DNA of 32,000 nucleotides from Cylindrospermopsis raciborskii Cr2010 (GCF_003367075.2 NZ_CP065936.1:2460001-2492000); one strand, 5' to 3'. Shown: positions 1 to 9,642, counted from the first letter of the stretch. The notes: generated by a model from the letters alone, not told the origin. A program made the numbers and translations.

Positions 1-808
1 GGCGCAAGATCTGCTCAACAGATAACCAGCTATCATCATAGGCTGAATCTATTTGTATTATCCCTGGTTGGGATAAATATTGGAGCATCATTAATTCTTT
101 TGCTCCCAATCGACGGGAAATTTTTGGTAACTCTTGGTGGTGCAAAACCCTTTCAAAGTCATTTTCTGGGATTTTTGGCTCATGAAAGTTTTCCTGTTTT
201 TTGAAGTTTTCCCAGGTTTGTAGGCAAATTGTTCCCCCCGCTGTTGTACTGAAACCAGCTTGCCATTTTGGATTGCTTAAATCCGGTATTAAGGGTTTTT
301 GGGTTAAACAGCACACTTTGATCTGTGGGCTTATTCCAGCTAATTTTAACATATCAAAGACTCCCTTAGCTAAATGTGCTACTATGGCAATCTGGGGAAT
401 TGGGGGGAGGGAATCTAAGGTGTCCAGATGTTGATTTAATAGGTCATATAGCTCTACTTGGGTATGCTCCTCCAATGCTTGATGGAGGGCAATTTCTGCT
501 AGGTATTGACTCGCTGCCAGTTTTCCTAAACTTTTGGTGAGTCCAGGATAGGTCTTGAGGGTCTGTGCTTGGTTAATCTTATAAAGGTTTGATGTTTGAG
601 TAGGGTTAGATTTGCCAAGGGAAATCAACAATTCATTCACTGTGAATATTCCACTTCTACCATTTAGGCTGGATTGGTACTTTCTGGAACCAGGGGCGAT
701 CGCCTTAATTAGGCCCAACTCCCTGGTTAACACGGTGAGTATTTTATCCGACTCACCTAGAAACTGGCTTTTGAGATTGATTCCCCTTACGTGATAACTC
801 CCGTTCAT
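1..808 (-). CDS. recO: DNA repair protein RecO (N-terminal ~269 aa; 3' end runs off the window)
   Basis: Absent from the ORF track because there is no stop inside the window. Manual minus-strand translation from the ATG (complement of 806-808) gives MNGSYHVRGINLKSQFLGESDKILTVLTRELGLIKAIAPGSRKYQSSLNGRSGIFTVNELLISLGK...YPGLTKSLGKLAASQYLAEIALHQALEEHTQVELYDLLNQHL... The frame stays open to position 1. It matches the RecO OB-fold and helical regions as I recall them from cyanobacterial RecO. Confidence 0.85.
   Translation of the reverse strand, partial: MNGSYHVRGINLKSQFLGESDKILTVLTRELGLIKAIAPGSRKYQSSLNGRSGIFTVNELLISLGKSNPTQTSNLYKINQAQTLKTYPGLTKSLGKLAASQYLAEIALHQALEEHTQVELYDLLNQHLDTLDSLPPIPQIAIVAHLAKGVFDMLKLAGISPQIKVCCLTQKPLIPDLSNPKWQAGFSTTAGGTICLQTWENFKKQENFHEPKIPENDFERVLHHQELPKISRRLGAKELMMLQYLSQPGIIQIDSAYDDSWLSVEQILR
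696..703. repeat. HIP1 octamer GCGATCGC (first of at least 18 dispersed copies)
   Basis: I found exact copies starting at 696, 2118, 3658, 4659, 5389, 7581, 15208, 16239, 16456, 17969, 20735, 21349, 22200, 23094, 23243, 23923, 24677 and 29807. Fewer than 1 copy is expected by chance in 32 kb. Confidence 0.9.
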
Positions 809-814
809 TAGTAA

Positions 815-1498
815 TTACCCCTGTGATTTTTCTGTATCCAGGCGCTGATGGAGTAAGTCTATTCCACGAGATGTACCCAGTCTGGTTGCACCGGCCATAA
901 TTAGATCTATGGCGTCTTGGTGGGTACGAATTCCTCCAGAAGCTTTTATTCCCACCCTTTCTTTTGTTATTTGTTTTAAAAACTCCACGTCTTTCACTGT
1001 TGCTCCACCATTCCAACCCGTACTAGTTTTTAAAAATGCAGCACCCGCATCCATAGCTATTTCAGCAGCCACTTTTTTTTCTGTATCTGTCAGTAAACTG
1101 GTTTCTAAAATTACTTTGACTGGTTTCCCAGTTTCTTCGCAAATTGTGGCAATTTCTCGGTGTAATTGCTCAGTCTTGCCGATTTTTAACCAGCCTAAGT
1201 TAATCATTAAATCCAACTCCGTGGCACCATTTTCTACCGCCTCCTGTGCTTCATATAATTTGACTGTTGAGGTGGTCAACCCTGTGGGGAATCCAATTAC
1301 AGTACATACTTGTGGCTTTTTGTTGTGTAATAGCTCCGCCGCTTGCTTAACATGGGATGGGTGAATACAAACTGCAGCAAAGTTAAATCTATACGCATCC
1401 TCACACCACTTTTCTACCTGGGGTTCTGTTGTGGTAGGTAAAAGCAGGGAGTGATCAATAAATGGGGCAATATCAATTTTTGGGTAGTCTGTTGTCAT
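815..1498 (-). CDS. deoC: deoxyribose-phosphate aldolase
   Basis: 227-aa ORF. DeoC-type TIM-barrel motifs are present ([29 protein letters not shown] with the Schiff-base Lys, IKASGGIR). The stop lies 6 nt upstream of the recO start. Confidence 0.9.
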   Translation of the reverse strand: MTTDYPKIDIAPFIDHSLLLPTTTEPQVEKWCEDAYRFNFAAVCIHPSHVKQAAELLHNKKPQVCTVIGFPTGLTTSTVKLYEAQEAVENGATELDLMINLGWLKIGKTEQLHREIATICEETGKPVKVILETSLLTDTEKKVAAEIAMDAGAAFLKTSTGWNGGATVKDVEFLKQITKERVGIKASGGIRTHQDAIDLIMAGATRLGTSRGIDLLHQRLDTEKSQG

Positions 1499-1499
1499 A

Positions 1500-2180
1500 T
1501 CACGATTCTACCTCAATTTTGTGCCTAAGAACATCCTCGGCTTCTTTTGCAACTGCTTCTACTGAGTCAGTAGCCAACACTTCTAGAACTTTCCTAGCCT
1601 CTTTTCCACCTAAATTGGCTAAAGCATGAACTAAGCGATGACGTACTTGCCAATCTGGGTTTTCAGTATAGGGAGCTAGAATAGTTACTGCATCTGGGTT
1701 ACCCAATTCACCTAGGGAACTAATGGCCGCACTTTGGACTAAACCATTATCTGATTCCAGAGCTTTTTTGAGCAAATCTACTCCCCTTGGATCTCCCAGG
1801 GATCCAAGGGTGGCAATTATGCTGAATTTTACTACCCATTCTGGGGTCTCATGGTAAAGCTTTTCTAAATCGGGAAAGGCTACTTGTAGTTTTAGCGCCC
1901 CCAAACAATCAGCTGCTGCTGCTTGTACATCCGCTTCAGGATCATTTAGCAACTCTCTTAAAATATTTAGGGAAAAATCTAAATCCTCCGTCCCTAAGGT
2001 GTCTAATTGACTTACAGCACAATAACGCACTCTCGAATTTTGATCTTTAATGGCAATTTGTAATAATTCTAAACCCTGTGCGGGTTCCAATTCCCGAATT
2101 TGATTCACACCACGAAGGCGATCGCCTAAATTTTCAGAAATGAGTAGTTCTTTAACCGTTTTATAAGATATGTGAGCCAT
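1500..2180 (-). CDS. HEAT-repeat protein (PBS-lyase HEAT-like repeats, CpcE/NblB-like)
   Basis: 226 aa with a reiterated D/N-x-x-x-VR/VQ-x-x-A-x-x-x-LG unit ([80 protein letters not shown]). The stop codon lies 1 nt from the deoC start. Confidence 0.75.
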   Translation of the reverse strand: MAHISYKTVKELLISENLGDRLRGVNQIRELEPAQGLELLQIAIKDQNSRVRYCAVSQLDTLGTEDLDFSLNILRELLNDPEADVQAAAADCLGALKLQVAFPDLEKLYHETPEWVVKFSIIATLGSLGDPRGVDLLKKALESDNGLVQSAAISSLGELGNPDAVTILAPYTENPDWQVRHRLVHALANLGGKEARKVLEVLATDSVEAVAKEAEDVLRHKIEVES

Positions 2181-2383
2181 TGTTTTTAAATTTGAAGAGT
2201 ATAATTGGGATTTTGGTGTGACCGGGTAGGTAAGTAATCAGTTGTAGGATTTTAGAAAGGGTAAAACCCCAACAATTGGTGGTTTTTGCCAACTGATAGT
2301 GGAAATTTTGCCAGGGAATACAAAAATTGACCCCTTTTTTGCCAAGATAGAAATAATGGAAATATTATTCTGTAAAAAGCTAC

Positions 2384-3115
2384 TTGGCAAAAATCAGCAT
2401 GACTCAAACAAACATGGAAAACTACGGCAAAAGTTTTCTCGTAATCATTGCGCCAATTTCTTTTTTGATTATTGTCGTTCTCAACACCTGGAAGTTTTTA
2501 CTCATAGGGTTATTCCTCATGATGAGTCTTCATCTGTGGCAAAAGTATAGGTGGGAAAAATGGTGTGATCAGGTAAATCCTCTGTTTTATGAGTTAATTG
2601 AGGAAAATCAGGGAAAAATCTCCTCGGTTGACCTGGCCATCAGGGGAAATTTTCCAGGAGACGACGCAAAACGCTACCTAGAAAAGAAAGCCAAGGAATT
2701 TGGTACTAATCCGGTAGACTCAGAAACCGACAGTCCATACTACTACTTTATCACTGGGAGTATTCTGGGTGAGATTTTAGATGGTAGCGAATCAGATATG
2801 AAACCAGTTGGTAGAGCAGTAACTAAGGAGGCCAGAACTCTACTATCTCCACCTGTACTTGTTTTAGAAGGTAAGGAAGGAAATAAAGAAGGTCAAATCA
2901 CTAATCGCTTGGAAACCAAATCCCTGGAGAAACAGCTAGCTTTTGGTTCCCTAATCCAGTCTGAATTGGCCCAGCGCTTAGGTGTTTATTCAAGTACAGT
3001 CTACAAACGACGCAATGATCCTGATTTTTCGGAATGGACTCGTAGTCGAGACCCAGATGGAATTGCTTGGTCTTACTCCCGCAAAAATAGAGAGTTTTTC
3101 CCCATGGATAAATAA
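2384..3115 (+). CDS. hypothetical membrane-anchored protein with C-terminal HTH-like segment
   Basis: 243-aa ORF with a TTG start at 2384 and an alternative ATG at 2399. It has two hydrophobic N-terminal helices (FLVIIAPISFLIIVVL, FLLIGLFLMMSL). The C-terminal segment SELAQRLGVYSSTVYKRRNDPDFSEW looks like a helix-turn-helix. I recognise no family. Confidence 0.55.
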   Translation: MAKISMTQTNMENYGKSFLVIIAPISFLIIVVLNTWKFLLIGLFLMMSLHLWQKYRWEKWCDQVNPLFYELIEENQGKISSVDLAIRGNFPGDDAKRYLEKKAKEFGTNPVDSETDSPYYYFITGSILGEILDGSESDMKPVGRAVTKEARTLLSPPVLVLEGKEGNKEGQITNRLETKSLEKQLAFGSLIQSELAQRLGVYSSTVYKRRNDPDFSEWTRSRDPDGIAWSYSRKNREFFPMDK

Positions 3116-3127
3116 CCGGTGGTGACT

Positions 3128-4267
3128 TTAACTATTGATTCCCACCGCATCACCAATGGAACCCAAGCCGTGATTTTGCAGTTTTGCTAATAATCCTGTC
3201 AAGACTCGGCTTGCCATCATTGGTCCCTCATAAATCCATCCAGTGTAAACTTGGATTAAACTTGCACCTGCTGTAATTTTTTCCCAGGCGTCCTCTGCGG
3301 TAAAAATCCCTCCCACACCAATAATTGGTATTTGACCCTGGCTTTGTTTATAAATAAAACGTATAATTTCTGTGGAGGGTTGACGTAATGGCAATCCGCT
3401 AATTCCTCCAGGTTCTGCTTGGGGTGGGTTACCAGTTTTTTCTATCACCTGGGTTTTTAGTCCTTCACGACTAATAGTAGTGTTAGTGGCAATAATCCCT
3501 GCTAGTTTATAGGTTTTGGCAAGATTAATAATGTCTACTATTGCTTCCCATTCCAGGTCAGGTGCTATTTTGACAAATAATGGCTTGGGTTGGTTTTGCG
3601 TACTGTTTTCTGTTTGAATGACCTCCAATATTTGACTGAGCATGGGTCTATCCTGAAGCGATCGCAGTCCTGGAGTATTAGGAGAAGAAACGTTGACCAC
3701 AAAATAATCACCTAAGCTATTTAGCAACCGAAAACTTTGTAGGTAGTCTGTTGCTGCTGCTTCTAAGGGGGTGATTTTAGATTTACCGAGGTTTATGCCT
3801 ATAGGTATGGCAGGTAGCTGTTGTTGATAAAGCAAAGTTAGTCTTGCAGCCATAGCAGCAGCACCGGAATTATTGAAGCCCATACGGTTAAGAGCTGCTA
3901 GGTCCATGGGTAAACGAAACAAACGAGGTTGGGGGTTTCCTGGTTGTCCGTGATAAGTGACAGTACCTAACTCAGCTAAGCCAAAACCGAACATAGACCA
4001 AAGGTGAGATCCCATACCATCTTTATCAAATCCTGCGGCCAAACCCAGCGGGTTAGGAAAATTCAAACCGAATAGGTTCTGTTTTAACCTATTGTCATGG
4101 ACACATAAAGAATCCCCGACAAAAGATTTCAACCATCTAGCACGATGAGGATGGGAAGGTTGTAGAAACCAATCTATGCCACTTATTAGTCCATGATGCA
4201 GCCACTCTGGATCTGCTTTTACTAGATTAAATAAGAGGGGAAGAATTACTGCCTTATAAATATCCAA
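3128..4267 (-). CDS. pyrD: dihydroorotate dehydrogenase (quinone), class 2
   Basis: 379 aa. Class-2 DHODH motifs are present ([45 protein letters not shown]), along with the N-terminal membrane-association extension. Confidence 0.92.
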   Translation of the reverse strand: MDIYKAVILPLLFNLVKADPEWLHHGLISGIDWFLQPSHPHRARWLKSFVGDSLCVHDNRLKQNLFGLNFPNPLGLAAGFDKDGMGSHLWSMFGFGLAELGTVTYHGQPGNPQPRLFRLPMDLAALNRMGFNNSGAAAMAARLTLLYQQQLPAIPIGINLGKSKITPLEAAATDYLQSFRLLNSLGDYFVVNVSSPNTPGLRSLQDRPMLSQILEVIQTENSTQNQPKPLFVKIAPDLEWEAIVDIINLAKTYKLAGIIATNTTISREGLKTQVIEKTGNPPQAEPGGISGLPLRQPSTEIIRFIYKQSQGQIPIIGVGGIFTAEDAWEKITAGASLIQVYTGWIYEGPMMASRVLTGLLAKLQNHGLGSIGDAVGINS

Positions 4268-4380
4268 TTAATATCCAAAAAAGTTGTCAAGTGATTAACT
4301 ACCTAATTACCTTTTTTTAGGTTACCATAGTGTAAGATTAAAATGGTAACACATTTACAGCAATTTCTAACCTTCCATTT

Positions 4381-4533
4381 ATGGGGCGTAAACTTTCTAA
4401 ATCTCACCTACCTGAAAAAATTTGCCCTGTATGTCAACTACCCTTCACTTGGAGGAAGAAATGGCAAGATTGTTGGGAAGATGTGAAATACTGTTCAGAA
4501 CGCTGTCGTCGACGTCGTTCTCAAACTACGTAA
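4381..4533 (+). CDS. DUF2256-type small zinc-ribbon protein (50 aa)
   Basis: Below the ORF-track size cutoff. Manual translation gives [50 protein letters not shown], with a CxxC...CxxxC arrangement and a basic tail typical of DUF2256 as I recall it. Confidence 0.7.
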   Translation: MGRKLSKSHLPEKICPVCQLPFTWRKKWQDCWEDVKYCSERCRRRRSQTT

Positions 4534-4560
4534 AACTTAAATACATACTTAAACTAATAA

Positions 4561-5523
4561 ATGTCTTTATCAACACAAAATCAAGTACAACCTAAACTGA
4601 TTATTCATGGTGGAGCAGGTAGTTCCCTCCAAAGTAAAGGAGGATTGGCCAGCGTCAGGCGATCGCTCCATAACGTCATAGAAGACGTATACTCAATGCT
4701 ACTCTCTGGTGTATCTGCCAGCGAAGCAGTGGTTAGGGGGTGTCAACTCCTGGAAGACGATCCTCGTTTTAATGCTGGCACAGGTTCAGTCTTACAATCC
4801 GATGGTCAAATTCGCATGAGTGCTTCTTTTATGAATGGCACATCTGGCAAATTTAGTGGAGTAATTAACGTTTCTCGGGTGAAAAACCCGATTGAAATGG
4901 CCCTATTTCTACAACAGTCTCCTGACCGGGTATTGTCCGATCATGGTTCCCTGGAGTTGGCACGAGAGTTACAAGTTCCAAGTTATAATGCTTTGACAGA
5001 TTTACGACTCAAAGAATGGATACAAGAAAGAGAAGACAAATTTAAGAGAACTATGGCTGGAGTAGTTGCCGAACCGGAAACCCCAGATCCTGAAGCTGGG
5101 AGGGGAACCATTGGCGTAGTAGCTTTAGATACCTTTGGGCAGTTGGCTGCAGGCACTTCCACTGGTGGTAAAGGCTTTGAACGCATTGGTAGAGTCAGTG
5201 ATTCTGCTATGCCAGCAGGTAACTATGCTACTAAACATGCAGCAATAAGTTGTACAGGTATTGGAGAAGATATCATTGACGAGTGTTTAGCCGCCAAAAT
5301 TGCGGTTCGTGTTGGTGATGGAATGTCTTTAAAGGAAGCGATGTGGCGTTCCTTTACCGAAGCCAGTAAAAACCAAAGAGACTTAGGTGCGATCGCCCTA
5401 GATTCCACGGGAAACATATCCTATGGTAAGACCAGTGAAATACTATTGGCAGCTTATCACAATGGTCAGAGCATTGGTGATACCCTAGAATGGAATGATG
5501 GAGAACTAGTTGGAATAGATTAG
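4561..5523 (+). CDS. isoaspartyl peptidase / plant-type L-asparaginase (Ntn hydrolase)
   Basis: 320 aa. It has the HGGAG N-terminus, the autoprocessing/nucleophile site GRGTIGVVALD, and the GTSTGG and GIGE motifs of the asparaginase_2 family. Confidence 0.88.
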   Translation: MSLSTQNQVQPKLIIHGGAGSSLQSKGGLASVRRSLHNVIEDVYSMLLSGVSASEAVVRGCQLLEDDPRFNAGTGSVLQSDGQIRMSASFMNGTSGKFSGVINVSRVKNPIEMALFLQQSPDRVLSDHGSLELARELQVPSYNALTDLRLKEWIQEREDKFKRTMAGVVAEPETPDPEAGRGTIGVVALDTFGQLAAGTSTGGKGFERIGRVSDSAMPAGNYATKHAAISCTGIGEDIIDECLAAKIAVRVGDGMSLKEAMWRSFTEASKNQRDLGAIALDSTGNISYGKTSEILLAAYHNGQSIGDTLEWNDGELVGID

Positions 5524-5624
5524 GTCGGGGTTGGTAGGGTAAACCCCACCAGAAATTCCCAAACTAGAATAAAATCCAACTAGAATTAGAATATATATTT
5601 TCAGTATGTTGACTAATTTGCTCT

Positions 5625-6719
5625 ATGTCAGTTTTAGCAGCGATAGCAGTTTTGGCGACCCTTATCTTAGTACATGAGTTGGGACATTTCATAGCAGCTA
5701 GATCCCAAGGGATTTATGCCAATCGTTTTTCCCTGGGTTTTGGTCCTATTTTGTTGAAATATCAAGGATCACAAACAGAATACACAATTCGTGCTTTCCC
5801 CCTGGGTGGTTTTGTGGGTTTCCCCGATGATGATCCTGATAGCACAATTCCCCCCAACGATCCCAACCTATTGCGAAATCGTCCTATTCTAGATCGAGCA
5901 ATTGTCATTAGTGCTGGCGTGATGGCAAATCTGGTGTTTGCTTATTTAGTCCTTGCTTTGCAGTTAGGTGTTGTAGGTATACCAAAGGAATTTCAATATC
6001 AACCTGGAGTTTTAATCAAACCAATTAACGAGCAATCAATAGCTTACCAGTCTGGTATTAGAGAAGGTGATATTGTTATTAGCGTTAATGGACGTGAATT
6101 AGTGGCTGGTAAAGATTCCACCCTATATCTAACACGGGAAATTCAAAACCATCCCCGTCAACCAATTGATTTGCAACTCCAACGTCAAGACCAGGAAATT
6201 GCCCTACAAATCACCCCTGGGGAAAATCCAGAAGGGAAAGGATTAGTAGGTGTGGAACTTGCGCCCAATGGTAAAGCTATTTACGAGCGTCCTCAAAATC
6301 CCATCCAGATTTTTACTGTTGCAGGAGAGAGATTCCAGCAGTTATTTGTTGGCACAATTAAAGGATTTGGACAACTGATCACTAACTTTCAACAAACCGC
6401 CAGTCAGGTGTCGGGTCCGGTCAATATCGTCAAAATTGGTGCTAAATTAGCAGCAGATAATAGTGCAAATCTCCTTTCATTTGCAGCTATAATTAGTATT
6501 AACTTAGCAGTTATCAACATCTTACCATTACCAGCTCTGGATGGTGGACAATTGTTTTTTCTGTTGATTGAAGGTCTATTTGGTAAACCCCTACCTATGA
6601 AAATTCAAGAGGGAGTTATGCAAACTGGACTAGTGGTGTTACTAGGACTGGGAATTTTCTTGATTTTTAAAGAAACTCTCCAGTTAAGTTTTATCCAACA
6701 AATATTTCAGAAAATGTAA
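5625..6719 (+). CDS. rseP: RIP metalloprotease RseP / site-2 protease (M50)
   Basis: 364 aa. It has an HELGH zinc motif in the first TM helix, a central PDZ-like segment (GIREGDIVISVNG), and the C-terminal NILPLPALDGG motif. Confidence 0.88.
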   Translation: MSVLAAIAVLATLILVHELGHFIAARSQGIYANRFSLGFGPILLKYQGSQTEYTIRAFPLGGFVGFPDDDPDSTIPPNDPNLLRNRPILDRAIVISAGVMANLVFAYLVLALQLGVVGIPKEFQYQPGVLIKPINEQSIAYQSGIREGDIVISVNGRELVAGKDSTLYLTREIQNHPRQPIDLQLQRQDQEIALQITPGENPEGKGLVGVELAPNGKAIYERPQNPIQIFTVAGERFQQLFVGTIKGFGQLITNFQQTASQVSGPVNIVKIGAKLAADNSANLLSFAAIISINLAVINILPLPALDGGQLFFLLIEGLFGKPLPMKIQEGVMQTGLVVLLGLGIFLIFKETLQLSFIQQIFQKM

Positions 6720-6760
6720 TTCCAAATCACCGACTAATCGAATAAAACCGGTTAGTCGCA

Positions 6761-7444
6761 ATGTTAAAATCATCAGAATCCTGCGTCTCCATGGGTAATA
6801 AAAAAATCTCCAAACTATCTAAAAGGGGACTAGCTTTAGAAATTCTCTCTCGTCTTTATCGTCTTTATCCTGATGCAACCTGTTCTCTAAACTATCAAAC
6901 CCCAGTCCAACTTTTGGTGGCCACTATTCTTTCCGCACAATGCACGGATGAAAGAGTTAATAAGGTAACCCCAGATTTATTTGGTCGCTTTCCCGATGTC
7001 CAAAGTTTAGCAGAAGCAGATGTATTAGAATTAGAGAAATTAGTTCATTCTACTGGTTTCTATCGCAACAAAGCCAAAAACATTAAATCCGCGTGTATGA
7101 TGATAGTGAGTGATTTTAACTCAATTGTTCCAAATAAGATGGAGGAACTATTAAAACTACCCGGGGTAGCAAGAAAAACGGCAAATGTGGTCTTAGCTCA
7201 TGCTTATGGTATTAATGCGGGGGTGACGGTGGATACCCACGTTAAAAGATTAACTCAACGGTTAGGTCTAACAGCAAGTACCGAACCAATTAGCATAGAG
7301 AAAGATTTAATGGAACTACTACCCCAACCGGAATGGGAAAACTGGTCAATAAGATTAATATATCATGGTCGTGCAGTTTGTAAAGCTAGATCTCCCAGTT
7401 GTGAAAATTGCGATTTAGTTGATGTATGTGCTAAAAAACTTTAA
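6761..7444 (+). CDS. nth: endonuclease III
   Basis: 227 aa. It has an HhH-GPD fold (LPGVARKTANVVL, DTHV) and the C-terminal 4Fe-4S cluster loop CKARSPSCENCDLVDVC. The true start may be the internal Met at 6791 (MGNKK...). Confidence 0.9.
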   Translation: MLKSSESCVSMGNKKISKLSKRGLALEILSRLYRLYPDATCSLNYQTPVQLLVATILSAQCTDERVNKVTPDLFGRFPDVQSLAEADVLELEKLVHSTGFYRNKAKNIKSACMMIVSDFNSIVPNKMEELLKLPGVARKTANVVLAHAYGINAGVTVDTHVKRLTQRLGLTASTEPISIEKDLMELLPQPEWENWSIRLIYHGRAVCKARSPSCENCDLVDVCAKKL

Positions 7445-7472
7445 TAAAAAAATAAAAATCTATTGTAACTCT

Positions 7473-9008
7473 CTACTGCATTCTATCTATAGTTCTATAT
7501 TGAATTGCCTCTGCGACGTGTTGAGACTTTAAGTTTTCCTCATCTGCTAAATCCGCAATAGTCCGTGCTACTTTAAGAATGCGATCGCTCGCCCGTGCGG
7601 AAAGTCCTAGTCGTGTAATTGCACTTTCTAACAGCTTACGACTTGTATCATCTAACTTGCACCATTTTTGTAGATGACGACTTTGCATGTGAGCATTGGA
7701 TTTAACATGGGGTTCAGACTGAAAACGAAGGTTAGCAATAGCTCTGACTTTTTGCACTCTTTCTCTGACAATTTTGGAGGATTCTCCCCTGGTTTCGCGA
7801 GTAATTTCCTCTGGTTTCAACCGGTTTACTGCTACCTGTAAATCAATTCTATCCATTAATGGACCCGACAACTTTGCCCAATATTGTTCTCGTTGTCGGG
7901 GGGAGCAAGTGCATGGTTGGACTGCATCACCATAATATCCACAAGGACAGGGATTGGTACTAGCAACCAAAGTAAATAGTGCTGGAAAAACTACTGATTG
8001 ACGAGTGCGAGAAATAGTTACATATCCATCTTCTAAAGGTTGTCTCAAAAATTCCAAAACATCCCTTTTAAATTCTGTTAATTCATCTAAAAAAAGCACA
8101 CCTCTATGGGACAGTGAAATTTCTCCGGGGCGAGGAAAACTACCACCTCCCACTAGGGATGGACCGGAAGCGGAGTGGTGAGGACTGCGAAAAGGACGCT
8201 CGTACACTAATGAACCACGGTTTTTCAATAAACCAGCAACAGAATGAATGCGAGTCACTTCCAAAGATTCAGAAAATTCCAATGGTGGCAAAATCCCTGG
8301 TAAGCTTCTGGCCAACATTGTTTTTCCACTCCCGGGGGGACCGACAAAAATCAAATTGTGTCCCCCTGCAGCGGCGATTTCTAATGCTCTCCGGGCGTGG
8401 GATTGACCCTTAACATCCTGCAAATCCGCCGAGTTAGAAGATGTAGATAATAGACTTTCCTGGGTGGGTTTTAAACTTACCTTCTTGTGGTTTTTGATGT
8501 TATTTAATAAATCCACCACTTGTAAAATGTTAGTGCAACCGTAAACATTTAAACCCTCTACTACTGCTGCTTCTTGAGTATTTTCCATGGGTACTACTAA
8601 ACTACTAATCCCCAATTTTTCAGCAGCAGCTGCAATGGGTAAAACTCCTGTAACGGGTAGGAGTGTACCATCTAGGGAAACCTCGCCTAAGAATAAAAAT
8701 TCTCCCAATAAATCAAGATTGACTTGTTCTGATGCGGCCAAAATTCCTATACTAATAGGTACGTCAAAAGCAGGTCCTTCTTTCCTAAGATCTGCGGGAG
8801 TCAGATTGATCACTATTTTACGTACAGGAACGTTAAAACCTGCATTTCTCAAGGTTGCTTTTACCCGTTCCTTAGACTCTTGAATTGCTGAATCGGGTAA
8901 ACCTAAAATGATAATTCCTGGTAATCCTCCACCAGAAATGTCCACTTCCACGCCTACTTTCACAGCGTCTATACCAACAATGGATGCACTCCAGACTCTA
9001 GATAGCAT
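7473..9008 (-). CDS. comM: YifB/ComM family Mg-chelatase-like AAA+ ATPase
   Basis: 511 aa. The N-terminal Lon-protease-like region is MLSRVWSASIVGIDAVKVGVEVD. Walker A is GPPGSGKT and Walker B is VLFLDEL. A CPCGYYGD...CTCS zinc-type insert and a C-terminal ChlI-like helical domain are present. Confidence 0.9.
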   Translation of the reverse strand: MLSRVWSASIVGIDAVKVGVEVDISGGGLPGIIILGLPDSAIQESKERVKATLRNAGFNVPVRKIVINLTPADLRKEGPAFDVPISIGILAASEQVNLDLLGEFLFLGEVSLDGTLLPVTGVLPIAAAAEKLGISSLVVPMENTQEAAVVEGLNVYGCTNILQVVDLLNNIKNHKKVSLKPTQESLLSTSSNSADLQDVKGQSHARRALEIAAAGGHNLIFVGPPGSGKTMLARSLPGILPPLEFSESLEVTRIHSVAGLLKNRGSLVYERPFRSPHHSASGPSLVGGGSFPRPGEISLSHRGVLFLDELTEFKRDVLEFLRQPLEDGYVTISRTRQSVVFPALFTLVASTNPCPCGYYGDAVQPCTCSPRQREQYWAKLSGPLMDRIDLQVAVNRLKPEEITRETRGESSKIVRERVQKVRAIANLRFQSEPHVKSNAHMQSRHLQKWCKLDDTSRKLLESAITRLGLSARASDRILKVARTIADLADEENLKSQHVAEAIQYRTIDRMQ

Positions 9009-9179
9009 TTTACTATGGGAAGAACTTTTGATATCACTCCACTTTATAAAAGCAGATTTGTTCCCAGATTGCCATTGGGGAAATTACGCAAAACTACTCT
9101 AAAACTACTTTTGAGATGGCCAGATTTGTCCTAAAATTTACAGACAAACCACTTTAGCAATATTTAACAGCAATTCTTC

Positions 9180-9530
9180 ATGACTTTAACTCCAGACACC
9201 ATTTTCGGTAAAATCATCCGTCGGGAAATACCCGCCAACATAGTTTATGAGGATGAATTGGCTTTAGCATTTACAGATGTTAACCCCCAAGCACCCACTC
9301 ACATTCTGGTCATACCCAAGAAACCCATAGTCAATCTAGCTACTGCACAAGCGGAAGACCAGCTGTTGTTGGGACACTTATTATTAACCGTACAAAAAGT
9401 CGCCCAAATAGCGGGTCTTGAACAGGGTTATCGCGTAGTTATGAATACAGGACAGGATGGAGGACAAACAGTCTATCACCTGCACATACACATCCTGGGG
9501 GGAAGGTCCTTGTCCTGGCCTCCAGGTTGA
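9180..9530 (+). CDS. HIT-family (histidine triad) nucleotide-binding protein
   Basis: 116 aa with [20 protein letters not shown] and the histidine triad HLHIHILGG. Confidence 0.9.
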   Translation: MTLTPDTIFGKIIRREIPANIVYEDELALAFTDVNPQAPTHILVIPKKPIVNLATAQAEDQLLLGHLLLTVQKVAQIAGLEQGYRVVMNTGQDGGQTVYHLHIHILGGRSLSWPPG

Positions 9531-9589
9531 AAAGACCCAAAATCCCCGAGTCAATCCGGGGGTAGGGAGGCACAATTATTCTTAGGATG

Positions 9590-9642
9590 GGTTAGTGGTA
9601 GCCTAACCTGTGCGGGTGTTGGGTTTCATACTTCAACCCAAC
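9590..9642. other. twin-hairpin element between the HIT gene and psbA
   Basis: GGTTAG(9590-9595)/CTAACC(9603-9608) forms one hairpin. GTTGGGTT(9618-9625)/AACCCAAC(9635-9642) forms a second. Both are read directly from the sequence. There is only one copy in the window. Confidence 0.35.

Noticed and set aside
201-794. Plus-strand ORFs 201..434 and 612..794 from the ORF track
   Set aside because: Both lie antisense to a continuous minus-strand reading frame with clear RecO similarity. Their products are low-complexity with no recognisable motifs.
753-1364. ORFs 753..1016 (-) and 909..1364 (+) overlapping deoC
   Set aside because: These are alternative-frame or antisense shadows of the well-supported deoC frame.
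2299-2550. ORF 2299..2550 (+)
   Set aside because: It overlaps out of frame with the longer 2384..3115 ORF, and its product has no features. Part of it lies in the promoter region.
4343-4358. NtcA-like site GTA-N-TAC near 4346-4358
   Set aside because: The spacer is 7 nt, not the required 8, so it does not fit the GTA-N8-TAC consensus.
4983-5417. Minus-strand ORFs 4983..5186 and 5223..5417
   Set aside because: Antisense to the isoaspartyl peptidase gene, which has strong family motifs.
6851-6868. Tandem 9-nt duplication cgtctttat x2
   Set aside because: It lies within nth coding sequence (RLYRLY). It is a trivial in-frame duplication with no further copies.
8114-9102. Plus-strand ORFs 8114..8413, 8587..8883 and 8908..9102
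   Set aside because: Antisense shadows of the comM-like gene.
9384-9575. ORF 9384..9575 (-)
   Set aside because: Antisense to the HIT gene, with no independent support.
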